Part shown: one piece after another, positions 46,950 through 59,900 of the stretch
How positions within the stretch are numbered: the stretch's first letter is position 1
How the letters are laid out: each line of letters starts with the position of its first letter
Source of the DNA: Heteronotia binoei
Lineage: Eukaryota
Direction: 5' to 3'
Length of the DNA: 64,000 nt
Assembly (NCBI RefSeq): GCF_032191835.1
Contig: NC_083230.1
Location: 133,114,001-133,178,000 of the forward strand
Position numbers and translations under genes: made by a program
The notes under the pieces: generated by a model
Told to the model about the DNA's origin: nothing
Seen by the model: only the letters and a program-made list of their open reading frames with translations
The model's database searches: none

Positions 46950-47500
46950 GCTCAGAGCAGCTCCCAGCAGAAGAGGAGGGGGGGACTAAAAGGAGATCCC
47001 GGCCGCAGCCGCTTTAAGATCCGCCCAGTTTTGCCCCAGCAGGTAGGAGCTTTCGGGGGTGCGCACGCGCACACTCCCACAGTGACACTTTCTCCCCACC
47101 CCCCACGTGCCCTGCGGCCCCGCCCCTCCCTTCCCCGGCGGCGCATGCGCAGGAGCTCTCCGGCCGGCCGGCTGCCGCGCAAGCCCCGCCCCCTCCTCTG
47201 CTCTCCTCTCCTTCGGCGCCGCCGCCATTTTGCAGAAGCGGGAGAGGCCGGAGCCGCCTCTGACGCCCTCCGGCCCGCCCCAGGTGAGAGCCTCCCGGCA
47301 GGCGGCCGCTGTGGGGCGGGGAGGGGGCCTGTGGGGGGGGAGCGGGGGCCCTCAGCGCCCCTCCCCCCCGCCGCCCCGCCCCCTCCCTCCCCCCCCCCGA
47401 GGGCAGCCCGGGGTCAGCGGAGCCACAAAGAAGCACCTTCGCCCCCCTCTCCCTGCTGCGCGCTCGCGTCAGAGGCGGTCCCGCTTCGCCAAAGGGCGCT
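46950..47500 (+). promoter_or_regulatory. CpG-island Pol II promoter and probable non-coding first exon (ending at 47283) of an unidentified + strand gene
   Basis: E-box CACGTG (47104-47109), GC boxes, a perfect NRF1 palindrome GCGCATGCGC (47141-47150), YY1-type GCCGCCATTTT (47221-47231) and donor CAG|GTGAG at 47283/47284. There is no ATG in the putative exon. Confidence 0.7.
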
Positions 47501-47718
47501 CTGGGCCACAGGGCATGGCTGCAACACTCAGCTGGGGCAGGGATGCTGGGGAGGGGCACAGCGGGAGGGAGGGAGGGCTTCTGGCCCCACACCTGGGGGG
47601 TTTGCTGCACTGGAGGGGCCGTTGGCCTCATCCAACATGGCTTCCCTTATGTCCCCCCACCCCTTGCTGCCAGCAAGTGAAGGAAGGGTGCCAGCTTGCC
47701 CCTCCTTGGCTGCTTTTG

Positions 47719-50700
47719 GAGAGCCAGTTTGGTGTAGTGTGAAGTGCGCAAACTCATATTTGGGACTTTGATTCCCCCTCCCCCACTTGCACCTGCTGGA
47801 ATGGCCTTGGGTCAGCCAGAGCTCTCTTATCTGGGAGAACGGGTTTGATTCCCCACTCCTGCACTTGCAGCTGCTGGAATGGCCTTGGGTCAGCCAGAGC
47901 GCTCTTATCTGGGAGAACCGGCTTTGATTCCCCCCTCCTCCACTTGCAGCTGCTGGAATGGCCTTGGGTTAGCCATGGCTCTCTTATCTGGGAGAACCGG
48001 GTTTGATTCCCCCCTCCTCCACTTGCAGCTGCTGGAATGGCCTTGGGTCAGCCACAGCTCTCTTATCTGGGAGAACCGGGTTTGATTCCCCACTCTCCAC
48101 TTGCAGCTGCTGGAATGGCCTTGGGTCAGCCAGAGCTCTCTTATCTGGGAGAACCGGGTTTGATTCCCCCCTCCTCCACTTGCACCTGCTGGAATGGCCT
48201 TGGGTCAGCCACAGCTCTCTTATCTGGGAGAACCGGGTTTGATTCCCCCCTCCTCCACTTGCACCTGCTGGAATGGCCTTGGGTCAGCCACAGCTCTCTT
48301 ATCTGGGAGAACCGGGTTTGATTCCCCCCTCCTTCACTTGCAGCTGCTGGAATGGCCTTGGGTCAGCCAGAGCGCTCTTATCTGGGAGAACCGGCTTTGA
48401 TTCCCCCCTCCTCCACTTGCAGCTGCTGGAATGGCCTTGGGTTAGCCATGGCTCTCTTATCTGGGAGAACCGGGTTTGATTCCCCACTCCTCCACTTGCA
48501 GCTGCTGGAATGGCCTTGGGTCAGCCAGAGCTCTCTTATCTGGGAGAACCGGGTTTGATTCCCTCCTCCTCCACTTGCAGCTGCTGGAATGGCCTTGGGT
48601 CAGCCAGAGCTCTCTTATCTGGGAGAACCGGGTTTGATTCCCTCCTCCTCCACTTGCACCTGCTGGAATGGCTTTGGGTCAGCCAGAGCTCTCTTATCTG
48701 GGAGAACCGGGTTGGATTCCCCCCTCCTCCACTTGCAGCTGCTGGAATGGCCTTGGGTCACCAGAGCTCTCTTATCTGGGAGAACCGGGTTGGATTCCCC
48801 ACTCCTCCACTTGCACCTCCTGGAATGGCCTTGGGTCAGCCAGAGCTCTCTTATCTGGGAGAACCGGGTTTGGTTCCCCACTCCTCCCCCTGCAGCTGCT
48901 GGAATGGCCTTGGGTCAGCCAGAGCTCTCTTATCTGGGAGAACCGGGTTTGATTCCCCACTCCTGCACTTGCACCTGCTGGAATGGCCTTGGGTCAGCCA
49001 GAGCTCTCTTATCTGGGAGAACCGGGTTTGATTCCCCACTCCTGCACTTGCACCTGCTGGAATGGCCTTGGGTCAGCCAGAGCTCTCTTATCTGGGAGAA
49101 CCGGGTTTGATTCCCCACTCCTCCACTTGCACCTGCTGGAATGGCCTTGGGTCAGCCAGAGCTCTCTTATCTGGGAGAACCGGGTTTGATTCCCCACTCC
49201 TGCACTTGCACCTGCTGGAATGGCCTTGGGTCAGCCAGAGCTCTCTTATCTGGGAGAACCGGGTTTGATTCCCCACTCCTGCACTTGCACCTGCTGGAAT
49301 GGCCTTGGGTCAGCCAGAGCTCTCTTATCTGGGAGAATCGGGTTTGATTCCCCACTCCTGCACTTGCACCTGCTGGAATGGCCTTGGGTCAGCCAGAGCT
49401 CTCTTATCTGGGAGAACCGGGTTTGATTCCTCACTCCTCCACTTGCAGCTGCTGGAATGGCCTCGGGTCAGTTATAGCTCTCTTATCTGGGAGAACCGGG
49501 TTTTGTTCCCCACTCCTCCACTTGCACCTGCTGGAATGGCCTCGGGTCAGTTATAGCTCTCTTATCTGGGAGAACCAGGTTTGATTCCCCACTCCTGCAC
49601 TTGCACCTACTGGAATGGCCTTGGGTCAGCCAGAGCTCTCTTATCTGGGAGAATCGGGTTTGATTCCCCACTCCTGCACTTGCACCTGCTGGAATGGCCT
49701 TGGGTCAGCCAGAGCTCTCTTATCTGGGAGAATCGGGTTTGATTCCCCACTCCTGCACTTGCACCTGCTGGAATGGCCTTGGGTCAGCCAGAGCTCTCTT
49801 ATCTGGGAGAACCGGGTTTGATTCCCCACTCCTGCACTTGCACCTGCTGGAATGGCCTTGGGTCAGCCAGAGCTCTCTTATCTGGGAGAATCGGGTTTGA
49901 TTCCCCACTCCTGCACTTGCACCTGCTGGAATGGCCTTGGGTCAGCCAGAGCTCTCTTATCTGGGAGAACCGGGTTTGATTCCTCACTCCTCCACTTGCA
50001 GCTGCTGGAATGGCCTCGGGTCAGTTATAGCTCTCTTATCTGGGAGAACCGGGTTTTGTTCCCCACTCCTCCACTTGCACCTGCTGGAATGGCCTCGGGT
50101 CAGTTATAGCTCTCTTATCTGGGAGAACCAGGTTTGATTCCCCACTCCTGCACTTGCACCTACTGGAATGGCCTTGGGTCAGCCAGAGCTCTCTTATCTG
50201 GGAGAATCGGGTTTGATTCCCCACTCCTGCACTTGCACCTGCTGGAATGGCCTTGGGTCAGCCAGAGCTCTCTTATCTGGGAGAACCGGGTTTGATTCCC
50301 CACTCCTACACTTGCAGCTGCTGGAATGGCCTTGGGTCAGCCAGAGCTCTCTTATCTGGGAGAACCGGGTTGGATTCCCCACTCCTCCACTTGCACCTGC
50401 TGGAATGGCCTTGGGTCAGCCAGAGCTCTCTTATCTGGGAGAACCAGGTTTGATTCCCCACTCCTCCACTTGCACCTGCTGGAATGGCCTCGGGTCAGTT
50501 ATAGCTCTCTTATCTGGGAGAACCGGGTTTTGTTCCCCACTCCTCCACTTGCAGCTGCTGGAATGGCCTTGGGTCAGCCAGAGCTCTCTTATCTGGGAGA
50601 ACCAGGTCTGATTCCCCACTCCTCCACTTGCAGCTGCTGGAATGGCCTTGGGTCAGCCAGAGCTCTCTTATCTGGGAGAACCAGGTTTGATTCCCCCCTC

Positions 50701-51930
50701 CTCCACTTGCAGCTGCTGGAATGGCCTTGGGTCAGCCAGAGCTCTCTTATCTGGGAGAACCAGGTTTGATTCCCCCCTCCTCCACCTGCAGCTGCTGGAA
50801 TGGCCTTGGGTCAGCCAGAGCTCTCTTATCTGGGAGAACCGGGTTTGATTCCCCACTCCTCCACTTGCAGCTGCTGGAATGGCCTTGGGTCAGCCAGAGC
50901 TCTCTTATCTGGGAGAACCGGGTTTCATTCCCCACTCCTCCACTTGCAGCTGCTGGAATGGCCTTGGGTCAGCCAGAGCTCTCTTATCTGGGAGAACCGG
51001 GTTGGATTCCCCACTCCTCCACTTGCAGCTGCTGGAATGGCCTTGGGTCAGCCAGAGCTCTCTTATCTGGAAGAACCGGGTTTGATTCCCCCCTCCTCCA
51101 CTTGCAGCTGCTGGAATGGCCTTCGGTCAGCCAGAGCTCTCTTATCTGGGAGAACCGGGTTTGATTCCCCCCTCCTCCACTTGCACCTGCTGGCATGGCC
51201 TTGGGTCAGCCAGAGCTCTCTGATCTGGGAGAACCGGGTTTCATTCCCCACTCCTCCACTTGCACCTGCTGGAATGGCCTTGGGTCAGCCAGAGCTCTCT
51301 TATCTGGGAGAACCGGGTTTCATTCCCCACTCCTTCACTTGCACCTGCTGGAATGGCCTTGGATCATCCAGAGCTCTCTTATCTGGGAGAACCAGGTTTG
51401 ATTCTCCGCTCCTCAACTTGCAGCTGCTGGAATGGCCTTGGGTCAGCCATAGCTCTCTTATCTGGGAGAACCGGGTTTGATTCCCCACTCCTCCACTTGC
51501 AGCTGCTGGAATGGCCTTGGGTCAGCCAGAGCTCTCTGATCTGGGAGAACCGGGTTTCATTCCCCACTCCTCCACTTGCACCTGCTGGAATGGCCTTGGG
51601 TCAGCCAGAGCTCTCTTATTTGGGAGAACCGGGTTTCATTCCCCACTCCTCCACTTGCACCTGCTGGAATGGCCTTGGATCATCCAGAGCTCTCTTATCT
51701 GGGAGAAGCAGGTTTGATTCCCCCCTCCTCCACTTGCAGCTGCTGAGATGGCCTTGGGTCAGCCAGAGCTTTCATAGAAGCTGTCCTTGAAAGGGCAGCT
51801 GCTGTAAAAGCACTCTCAGTCCCACCTACCTCACAGGGTGTTTGTTGTGGGGGGGGGGGAGGTAGAGGAAATTGTGACCGCTCTGAGATTCAGAGTATAG
51901 GGCAGGATATAAATCCAAAATCGTCGTCGT
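47719..51930 (+). mobile_element. Single Squam3-like SINE expanded internally into a ~4-kb array of ~50 x 79-bp units
   Basis: Head gagagccagtttggtgtagtg at 47719, then units gagctctcttatctgggagaaccgggtttgattccccactcctccacttgcagctgctggaatggccttgggtcagcca (ORF-track starts 48983, 49062, 49141, 49220 are 79 bp apart), and a SINE tail at 51770-51930. Confidence 0.93.
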
Positions 51931-52729
51931 TTTTTGCTTTTTGTGCAGGTGAGGGCACAGGGGTGCTTGCCAGTCTTCACACAGCACCTGTCTCTTTTAT
52001 TGCTCCCCCCCTCCCTCAGGTGGCCCACTGAACTGCTGGAAGCGCCCGGGCTCTCTCCTCCACTTCCTTCATGGTGGCCTTGGGCAAGAGAAGCTGCAAG
52101 GCGCTGCCCGTGCAGAGGTGGTCGCAGGATTGCAGGCTCTTTTTTGCCAGTGCATCCTATCACTCTTTTCAAGGCCTTGAGCTGAACAGCCATTGCAGAT
52201 TTTCCAAGCAGGCGTGTTTTGTAGCAAACTATCAGAAGAGTCTGCAAAGGATCAGACTGAAGGGAGCTGGGTTCTTTTAAGTTCCAAAGCTTATGAAAGC
52301 AGCCAGCAAGCTGCCACTACTGGGGGGGGGGGGGGGGGAGAGTGGAAACCCAGACTGTGTCCCATGCAGAATGAATTAATTTGTATCGACTGGGGAAACC
52401 CTGAAGGAGCTTCCTTTATTGCACCTTTGCTTTGCTACAGCCAGTACTGGACTGGGCAGGTGGAGGTTCATATGGAGAAGACAGCTGTGAAGCCCTCCCT
52501 TGGGTCAGCAGGGCCCCACCCTCTTTCTGAGATCTTGTGAGCAGGGAGGGGAGGAGTGCAGGGGCTGCTCTGATCTCTTTGGGCAAAAAGGCACAGAAGG
52601 CAAGCGGCTTCCCCTCCATTTTCCACCTTCCTTTCTATTTGGGACTTCATTTTCTGCAGAGTTGTTATATTCTGGTTAATTCCATCTTCTGCAGCTTCCC
52701 TTTCCCTTAGGTAAGTTACTTCCCCAAAA

Positions 52730-54900
52730 AGACATTACAGAGCTGGAAACAGCACAGAAGAGGGCAACCAAGATGATTAAGGGGCTGAAGCCCATTTCCC
52801 ACAAGGAAAGACCGAAGGTTCTGGGGCTTTTCACCCTGGAGGAAAAATGGAGACGGGCTTGTCAGAGATGTATAAAATGATGTGTGAGGGGGAGCAAGTG
52901 GATGGAAACATTGCTTTTGCTCTCTTTCCTATAATACTAAAATCCAGGGTCACACAGTGAAACTGACGGGCAGTAGATTCAGGACAAACATGAGGAAATA
53001 GTGCTCCACCCAACAAGGAATCAGGTTGTGGAGTTCCCTGCCTGTGGAGGTGGGGCTGGCAAGGGAACTGCATTCAAAGGCAGTCAGCTGAAGACCAGCG
53101 GCAGGAGGAGGCAGCCTCAGAGGGAGGGAGGCCTTCTTTGCCCTGCTTGTTGGCCTCTGGCATTGAGGTGACCCTTCTGTTTCCTCTTGGCCACTGTGTG
53201 AACAGGAGGCGGGGCTTGAGGGACCCCCTTAAGACTCTTCTTGTGGTGGTTTTAATTTGGCTGTGGGGGAACCCAGGCTTTTAACTTGCACCCTGATAGC
53301 TAGTCTTTTCCGTTTGTGTCATGATTGGCCAAAAGGGGAAGAAAGGGTGGAATTGCTTATTCACGTCATGTCTATTATATTCTTTTTTTGAAAGCGGCTT
53401 GATTGCTGTTTTCTGTCCTTGCCTCCTTGTCATTTGAGTCGAGGCCTCGCATGTGTACAGCAGCACTCAGTATTTGGCATACTTGAGTTTGGCCATGACT
53501 CAAAGTAGATTATCCTTCTAGGAACTCACTTTCAGGTATGCAGAGAAAGAACCTAGCATGGGTTTTTACACAGCAGCAATGGGAAGATGGAATAGTGACA
53601 GGCCAAGTTGAATTTTAATGATTACAGATGGTATAATAACATGGGAACCTAAGAGCTGTGCTGGCTCCAACCAGTAGTCTATCTAGAAAGAGAAGAAGAG
53701 ATTGGATTTATACCCTGTCCTTCATTTGGAGTCTCAGAGTGGTTTACCATCTCCTTTCCTTTCCTCCTCCCCACAACAAGCACCCTGTGAGGTAGGTGAG
53801 GCTGAGAGAGCTGTGACAGAAACTGCTCTTGAGAGAAGAGCTCTGAGAGAACTTGTATTTGACTCAAGGTGACACCATAGAATCATAGAGTTGGAAAGGA
53901 CCCCCAGGGTCATGTAGTTCAACCCCTGCAGGAAATTTACAAATACCTCCCCCTAAGTTCACAGAATCAGCATTGCTGTCAGATGGCCATCTAGACTCTG
54001 TTTAAAGACTTCCAAGGAAGGAGAGCCCACCACCTCCCGAGGAGGGCTGAGGAACTACTCTATCAGACAGTTCTGCCTTATGGTTAGCTAGAAACTCTTT
54101 AGATTTAATTTTGACATCTGCAGGTGGCGGAGTGGAAAATCAGACTTGGTTCTCCCAGATTAGAGAGTCCGTGCTCTTAACCACTACACCAGGCTAACTC
54201 ATCGTGCTTTTCACAGAGGAGGCCTCTCACCCTGAGGGTCACAGAAACTTGTTCCCCCTCACCAGCTGCCTCTTAGATGTTTTATTTGACCATCATAGAT
54301 AACAACAGTAATTGATCCATCTGCCCTCCATGATACTCTGCTCTGGTTAGACCTCACCTAGAATACTGTGTTAAGTTTGGGGCACCACAATTTAAGAAGG
54401 ATATGGACAAGTTGGCCTGGGTCCAGAGGAGGGTGACGAAGATGGTGAGGGGCCTGGAGGCCAAGTCCTATGAGGAAGGCTGAAGGAGCTGGGCATGTTT
54501 AGCCTGGAGAAGAGGTGGCTGAGAGATACTAGGTTCACCACGTTCAAGTACTTGAAGGGCTGTCATACAGAGGATGGTGCAGAATTGTTTTCTGTTGCCC
54601 TAGAAGCTTCGACCAGGACCAGCGGGTTGAAATTAAAAGAGTTTTTGGCTAAACATTAGCCAAACTTCTGGCCTTTAAGTGGCCTGGCTCTTCCTACTCT
54701 GAAGACGCAGAAGGTGCGGCAGCCCTTGATCATTTTGCTGGCCCTTCTCTGTATTTTTCCTGTCTCCATCACAACCTTTTTGAGATGGGATGACCAGAAG
54801 TGTATACAGTGAACTAATGCGGTGTAGATTTATGATATGTTCCAATTTATTTTCACTGCCTTTCCTAATAATCCCTGTGATTGAAGCGTCATGACCTCTA
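52730..54900. mobile_element. Patch of decayed CR1 fragments plus a minus-strand SINE (53690-54200) split by a CR1 3' end (53877-54110)
   Basis: CR1 RT-end-like sequence at 52730-53040 and 54300-54660. The CR1 tail is seen as revcomp agaatcatagagttgg at ~53880. The SINE head ccactacaccagg is at 54181. Boundaries are approximate. Confidence 0.6.
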
Positions 54901-56984
54901 AATAACTCACTTTTCCAGGGAGACACCCCTGAGACTTGGTGGCACATAGATGGCAAGGAAGGGATTAACATTTGTCCTCTCCAGCAAGCCCCTTGCATGG
55001 CTCCTCATGACACCTCCCCCCCACCCCGTCTAACTGGTTTGGTTCATTCTATTGGGACTGGTCCAAGAGACCTCTTTTGAGACTGTGCATATTTTTGCTG
55101 CTGGGAGGAGTCTCTTAATTGGCCTTTATTCTAACTGGAAACTTTTCTCCCCACTTTTTGATGGGCGTCCTCAGCTTCTGTCGTTTCCGCTTCCACCCCT
55201 CAAATGAAGATGCCAGGGGGTGGGATTTTGTTTAGCTCCTCTATTTCCATCTCTGTACAAGTCTAAAATTGGGGTAAAAACATCCAGAGAGAAGAAGTCA
55301 CTGCTAAATATCTCGCTATGCATGGCTTGGAATCTACACCGTCAACTTGTTTCTGGTGGAGACTGGAACAGAGGAGAGGTATTTTCCTTCCTCATTTGAC
55401 CCAGCTCTGGAGAGCCATTGCTCAGATCAGTTCAGGGCATAGTGGGTTAATTTCCTGTGAGGACTATTGAGTGAAGATCCAGAGAGAGATTATGTAATGA
55501 AAAGGGCTCCTGGCACTCCGTTGCATTCTGAGATACTGAAGCCCAGAGCGACGTGCCTGGAGCAGAGATGGAATTTCAGCCGGGGTCCTCCCAGGGTCAC
55601 ACCTTGTTTACCTCTCGGGGAGAGGCCCCTTGGTTCATTCCTGCCTTCTTAATGGATAGCAAACTCTGTCCGAAGGGACTGTGGGTGAATTCTCATGATG
55701 TGATGGAACAAGGGGAAGTGACCTTTTGGTTTCCTTGGGAACAGATAAACTTTCCCTTGCCTGGTGATCAGATATGTGTCCTTGCATATCCACTGGAGGA
55801 GTCTGCCAGCTGCTCTGACCCAAGGAAAGTGGTTTAACTCTTGAGTTGCCACGTGGCAGCCCGCAGATGCTTTCCTGGGAGGAGCAAGCCCCATGGGACA
55901 GACTTGAGTGGGATTCTGAGCAGAGCTCCTTAGGATTGCTGGCTTATTTTCCAAAATGAACATGGCTGCAGCAATTCTGTGGCGTCTTAGCAGAGAATCC
56001 TAGAGCTGGAAGGGACCTCCAGGGTCATCTAGTCAACCCCCTGCGCAATGCAGGGAACTCCCAAACCCCTCCCCACATTGATCCCAGTCCAGTGAGCAGG
56101 ACTGAATTCTGGGAAAATAAGCTCCAGTTTGAGTGGTGCACATCTGGGCCTTTTTAAACAAGCAGTGTGCTCTGCACTTTTAAAAGCGTGTGTGACTCCT
56201 TTTGTGGCTGCCTGGACCCCAGTTTCTGGCTTGGATTTGTAGTGCAGCTCTGGTCCCACCTGGTGCAAATTTTGCTGCTGTTGGATTTACACATAAACGC
56301 CTCCTGCTGGCTTAGTGGCTTCAGTTCATTTGGCAGTAATGTCATTTTTCTGTCTTTTAATTCCTCAAGGAATGCATCGAGAGACGCTTTGAATTAAATG
56401 GCCGTTCCTCACAAGGTGGAGAGCGTTGCAGGCGTTGGCATCTGAAGCACCTCTGGTGAACATCCCATTTTTTAAACATCCTTTCTCCAAGGGGTAGGAC
56501 CTGTTCCAGTTTCTTATTTTGAGGCTACGTTTTTCATGTAAGGCTTCGATATATGATTTCTATGGAAGCATTATAGATGTTAAATTTCCAGGAGTTTAAA
56601 GTCCGCAGGGTGGGGGAACAGAAATCCGGGGTAAAATTTAAATATATGCAATAATTTATTTCCTGTCAATTAAGCTTATTTTTCTTGCTTTGACATCGTA
56701 AAATACATCATTTATAATTTCGTTACCATATAACATTGAACAAATTGGTGTATTTTATGGAATGTTATACTGCATGTGACTTATTTTTATATAAGCAAAT
56801 TGCAAATATAGCAGATGATTACAAATGTCAGAGCCCTGCTGGGTCAGACTAGCAAGGGTCCATCTAGGCCAGCATCCTGTTTCACACAGTGGCCAGCCAG
56901 TTCCCCTGGAGGACCAAACAGATGGGCAGAGAGGCCTTCCCCAGATGTTGCTTCTCAGCACTGTAATTAAGAGGTTTGCTGCTC

Positions 56985-59900
56985 CTCTACTGGTCGGGTA
57001 AGTCAAAGGCTGAGAGCCGCCTTTCTGGCGTTGGCTTCATGGTCAGGAACTCCATTGCCTCCAAACTCGAAAACCTGCCAACAGGTCACTCAGATCGCAT
57101 CATGTCCATGCACCTCCCACTTCAAAACAAGCAGCATGCAACACTCTTCAGTGTGTATGCCCCAACCCTTCAAGCAGATCCTGCAGAAAAGAACAAGTTC
57201 TATGCTGATCTACGCAACCTCGTACGGAAGACCCCTACAGAGGACAAGGTGATCATCCTTGGCGACTTCAATGCCAGAGTAGGTAAAGACTCGGAAGCCT
57301 GGAAAGGAGTACTTGGCAAACACGGCATTGGCAACTGCAATGACAACGGGCGCCTCCTGCTAGAATTCTGCATGGAGCACCAGCTCGCCATCACCAACAC
57401 TATCTTCCAGCAGAAGAACAGTCTGAAGACAACCTGGATGCACCCACGGTCCAAGCATTGGCACCTTATCGACTACATTCTGGTGCGCCAGAGAGACCTT
57501 CGAGATGTCTTACACACCCGAGTAATGCCCAGCGCAGAATGTCATACGGATCATCGTCTTGTACGCTGCAATCTCCGTCTTCACTTTAAACCCACACCCA
57601 GGAGAGGAGGTATCCCTCGGAGGAAGTTTCAGGTTGGCAGCCTCCAGTCAGCCGAAGTTAAAGCTGCCTTCCAGGCAAAACTCCAGTCAAGAATTGAGGA
57701 CCCCAGTTGCCCCACAGACCCTTCTCCAGAAGCACTCTGGGAACACCTAAAAACTACCGTCCTGCAGATCTCTGAAGAAGTCCTCGGGTTCTCCACAAGG
57801 AAGAACAAGGACTGGTTTGATGAGAACAATCAAGAGATCCAAGAATTACTGGCAAAAAAGAGATCTGCCTACCAAGCACATCTTGCTCAGCCCTCCTGTC
57901 CTGGGAAAAAAGCAACCTTTCACGCTGCATGTAGCAACCTCCAGCGCAAGCTTCGAGACATTCAGAACGAGTGGTGGACCAAGCTTGCAGAGAGAACCCA
58001 GCTGTGTGCAGACACTGGTGATTTAAGAGGGTTCTACGAAGCCCTGAAGGCAGTATATGGTCCATCATATCAGGCTCAGAGTCCCTTGCATAGTGCAGAC
58101 GGCCAAGTGCTCCTCACAGACAAGGCATCCATACTGAACCGGTGGTCGGAGTATTTTCAGGTTCTCTTCAGTGCCAACCGCGTAGTTCAAGATTCAGCAA
58201 TCCACCTCACCCCACTTCAACCGGTGAAAACAGAGTTGGATGAGATCCCCACCCTAGAAGAGACTGTTAAAGCCATCAAGCAACTGAAAAGTGGCAAGGC
58301 AGCGGGAGTTGATGGAATTCCACCAGAGATCTGGAAGCATGGGGGCACAGTACTACATAGCTCACTTCACAAAGTACTTGTCACCTGCTGGGAACAAGGC
58401 AAATTACCAGAGGACTTTCGCGATGCAATCATCATCACCCTATACAAGAACAAAGGGGAAAAGTCAGACTGCTCCAACTACCGGGGGATAACCCTGCTCT
58501 CCATCGCAGGCAAAATCCTTGCCAGAATACTCCTGAACAGACTGGTGCCCGCCATTGCAGAAGAACTCCTCCCAGAGAGCCAGTGCGGCTTCAGAGCTAA
58601 CAGGAGCACCACCGACATGGTATTTGTTCTCAGGCAGCTCCAAGAGAAATGCAGGGAACAGAACAAGGCTCTGTATGTGACTTTTGTCGACCTTACCAAA
58701 GCTTTCGATACCATTAGCAGGAAAGGCCTGTGGCAAATCTTGGAACGTTTAGGATGTCCCCCAAGGTTCCTCAGCATGATCATCCAGCTACACGAAGACC
58801 AGCGAGGCCAAGTCAGACACTGCAACGACCTCTCGGAGCCCTTCCCAATAGGCACAGGTGTAAAGCAAGGCTGCGTTCTCGCGCCAACTCTCTTTACGAT
58901 CTTCTTTAGCATGATGCTTCAAAGAGCCGCAGTAGATCTAGATGATGACGATGGTGTATACATCCGCTATCGCACCGATGGCAGCCTGTTCAACCTGAGG
59001 CGACTAAAGGCACACTCCAAGACAATGGAAAAACTCATCCGAGAGCTACTGTTTGCTGATGATGCTGCACTGGTCTCCCACTCGGTATCAGCTCTGCAGC
59101 ATATGACGTCCTGCTTTGCAGAGGCTGCCAAGCTATTCGGCCTAGAAGTTAGTCTGAAGAAGACAGAAGTTCTCCACCAGCCTGCACCCCAGGAAGATTA
59201 TCACCCCCCCTGCATCACTGTGGGTGAATCAGTTCTGAAGACAGTCCAGCAGTTCAGCTACCTGGGGTGCATCATCTCCTCAGATGCCAAGATCGACAAG
59301 GAGATTGACAACAGGCTGGCAAAGGCAAACTGTGCATTTGGCCGACTGCACAAAAGAGTGTGGAGCAACAAGCATCTGAAAAAAGGCACAAAGATCAATG
59401 TTTACAAAGCGGTTGTGATGACAACCCTCATCTACGGCTCCGACTCGTGGGTTTTATACCGTCATCACCTGCGACTCCTTGAGCGCTTTCATCAGCGCTG
59501 CCTTCGCACCATCCTCAACATCCACTGGAGTGACTTTGTGACCAACACTGAAGTCCTCAAGCGGGCGGAGGTTACCAGCATTGAGGCACTGCTGTTGAAG
59601 ACGCAGCTGCGCTGGGCAGGGCATATTTCTAGGATGGAAAACCACCGCCTTCCCAAGATTGCCCTGTATGGCGAACTTTCCACCGGCCATCGAAATAGAG
59701 GGGCACCAAAGAAGAGGTACAAGGACTCCCTGAAGAAATCCCTTAGCACCTGTCACATCAACCATCACCAGTGGTCTGACCTAGCCTCAGATCGCAAAGC
59801 ATGGAGGCACACCATCCACCAGGCTGTCTCTTCCTTTGAGAACGCACGCATAGCTGGTCTTGAGGACAAAAGGAGATTGAGGAAGAATCGCACTGCTACA

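Noticed and set aside
47770-51770. Regularly spaced repeats resembling a CRISPR array, and dozens of short MALGQPELSYLGEPG / [14 protein letters not shown] ORFs
   Set aside because: There are no unique spacers and no cas genes, and the context is eukaryotic. The units are contiguous SINE-derived sequence and the ORFs are by-products of a 79-bp period.
52321-52338. Very frequent long G/C homopolymers across the window (17 G here)
   Set aside because: Their lengths are unreliable in consensus sequence and such runs are common in GC-rich reptile DNA. No specific function can be supported.
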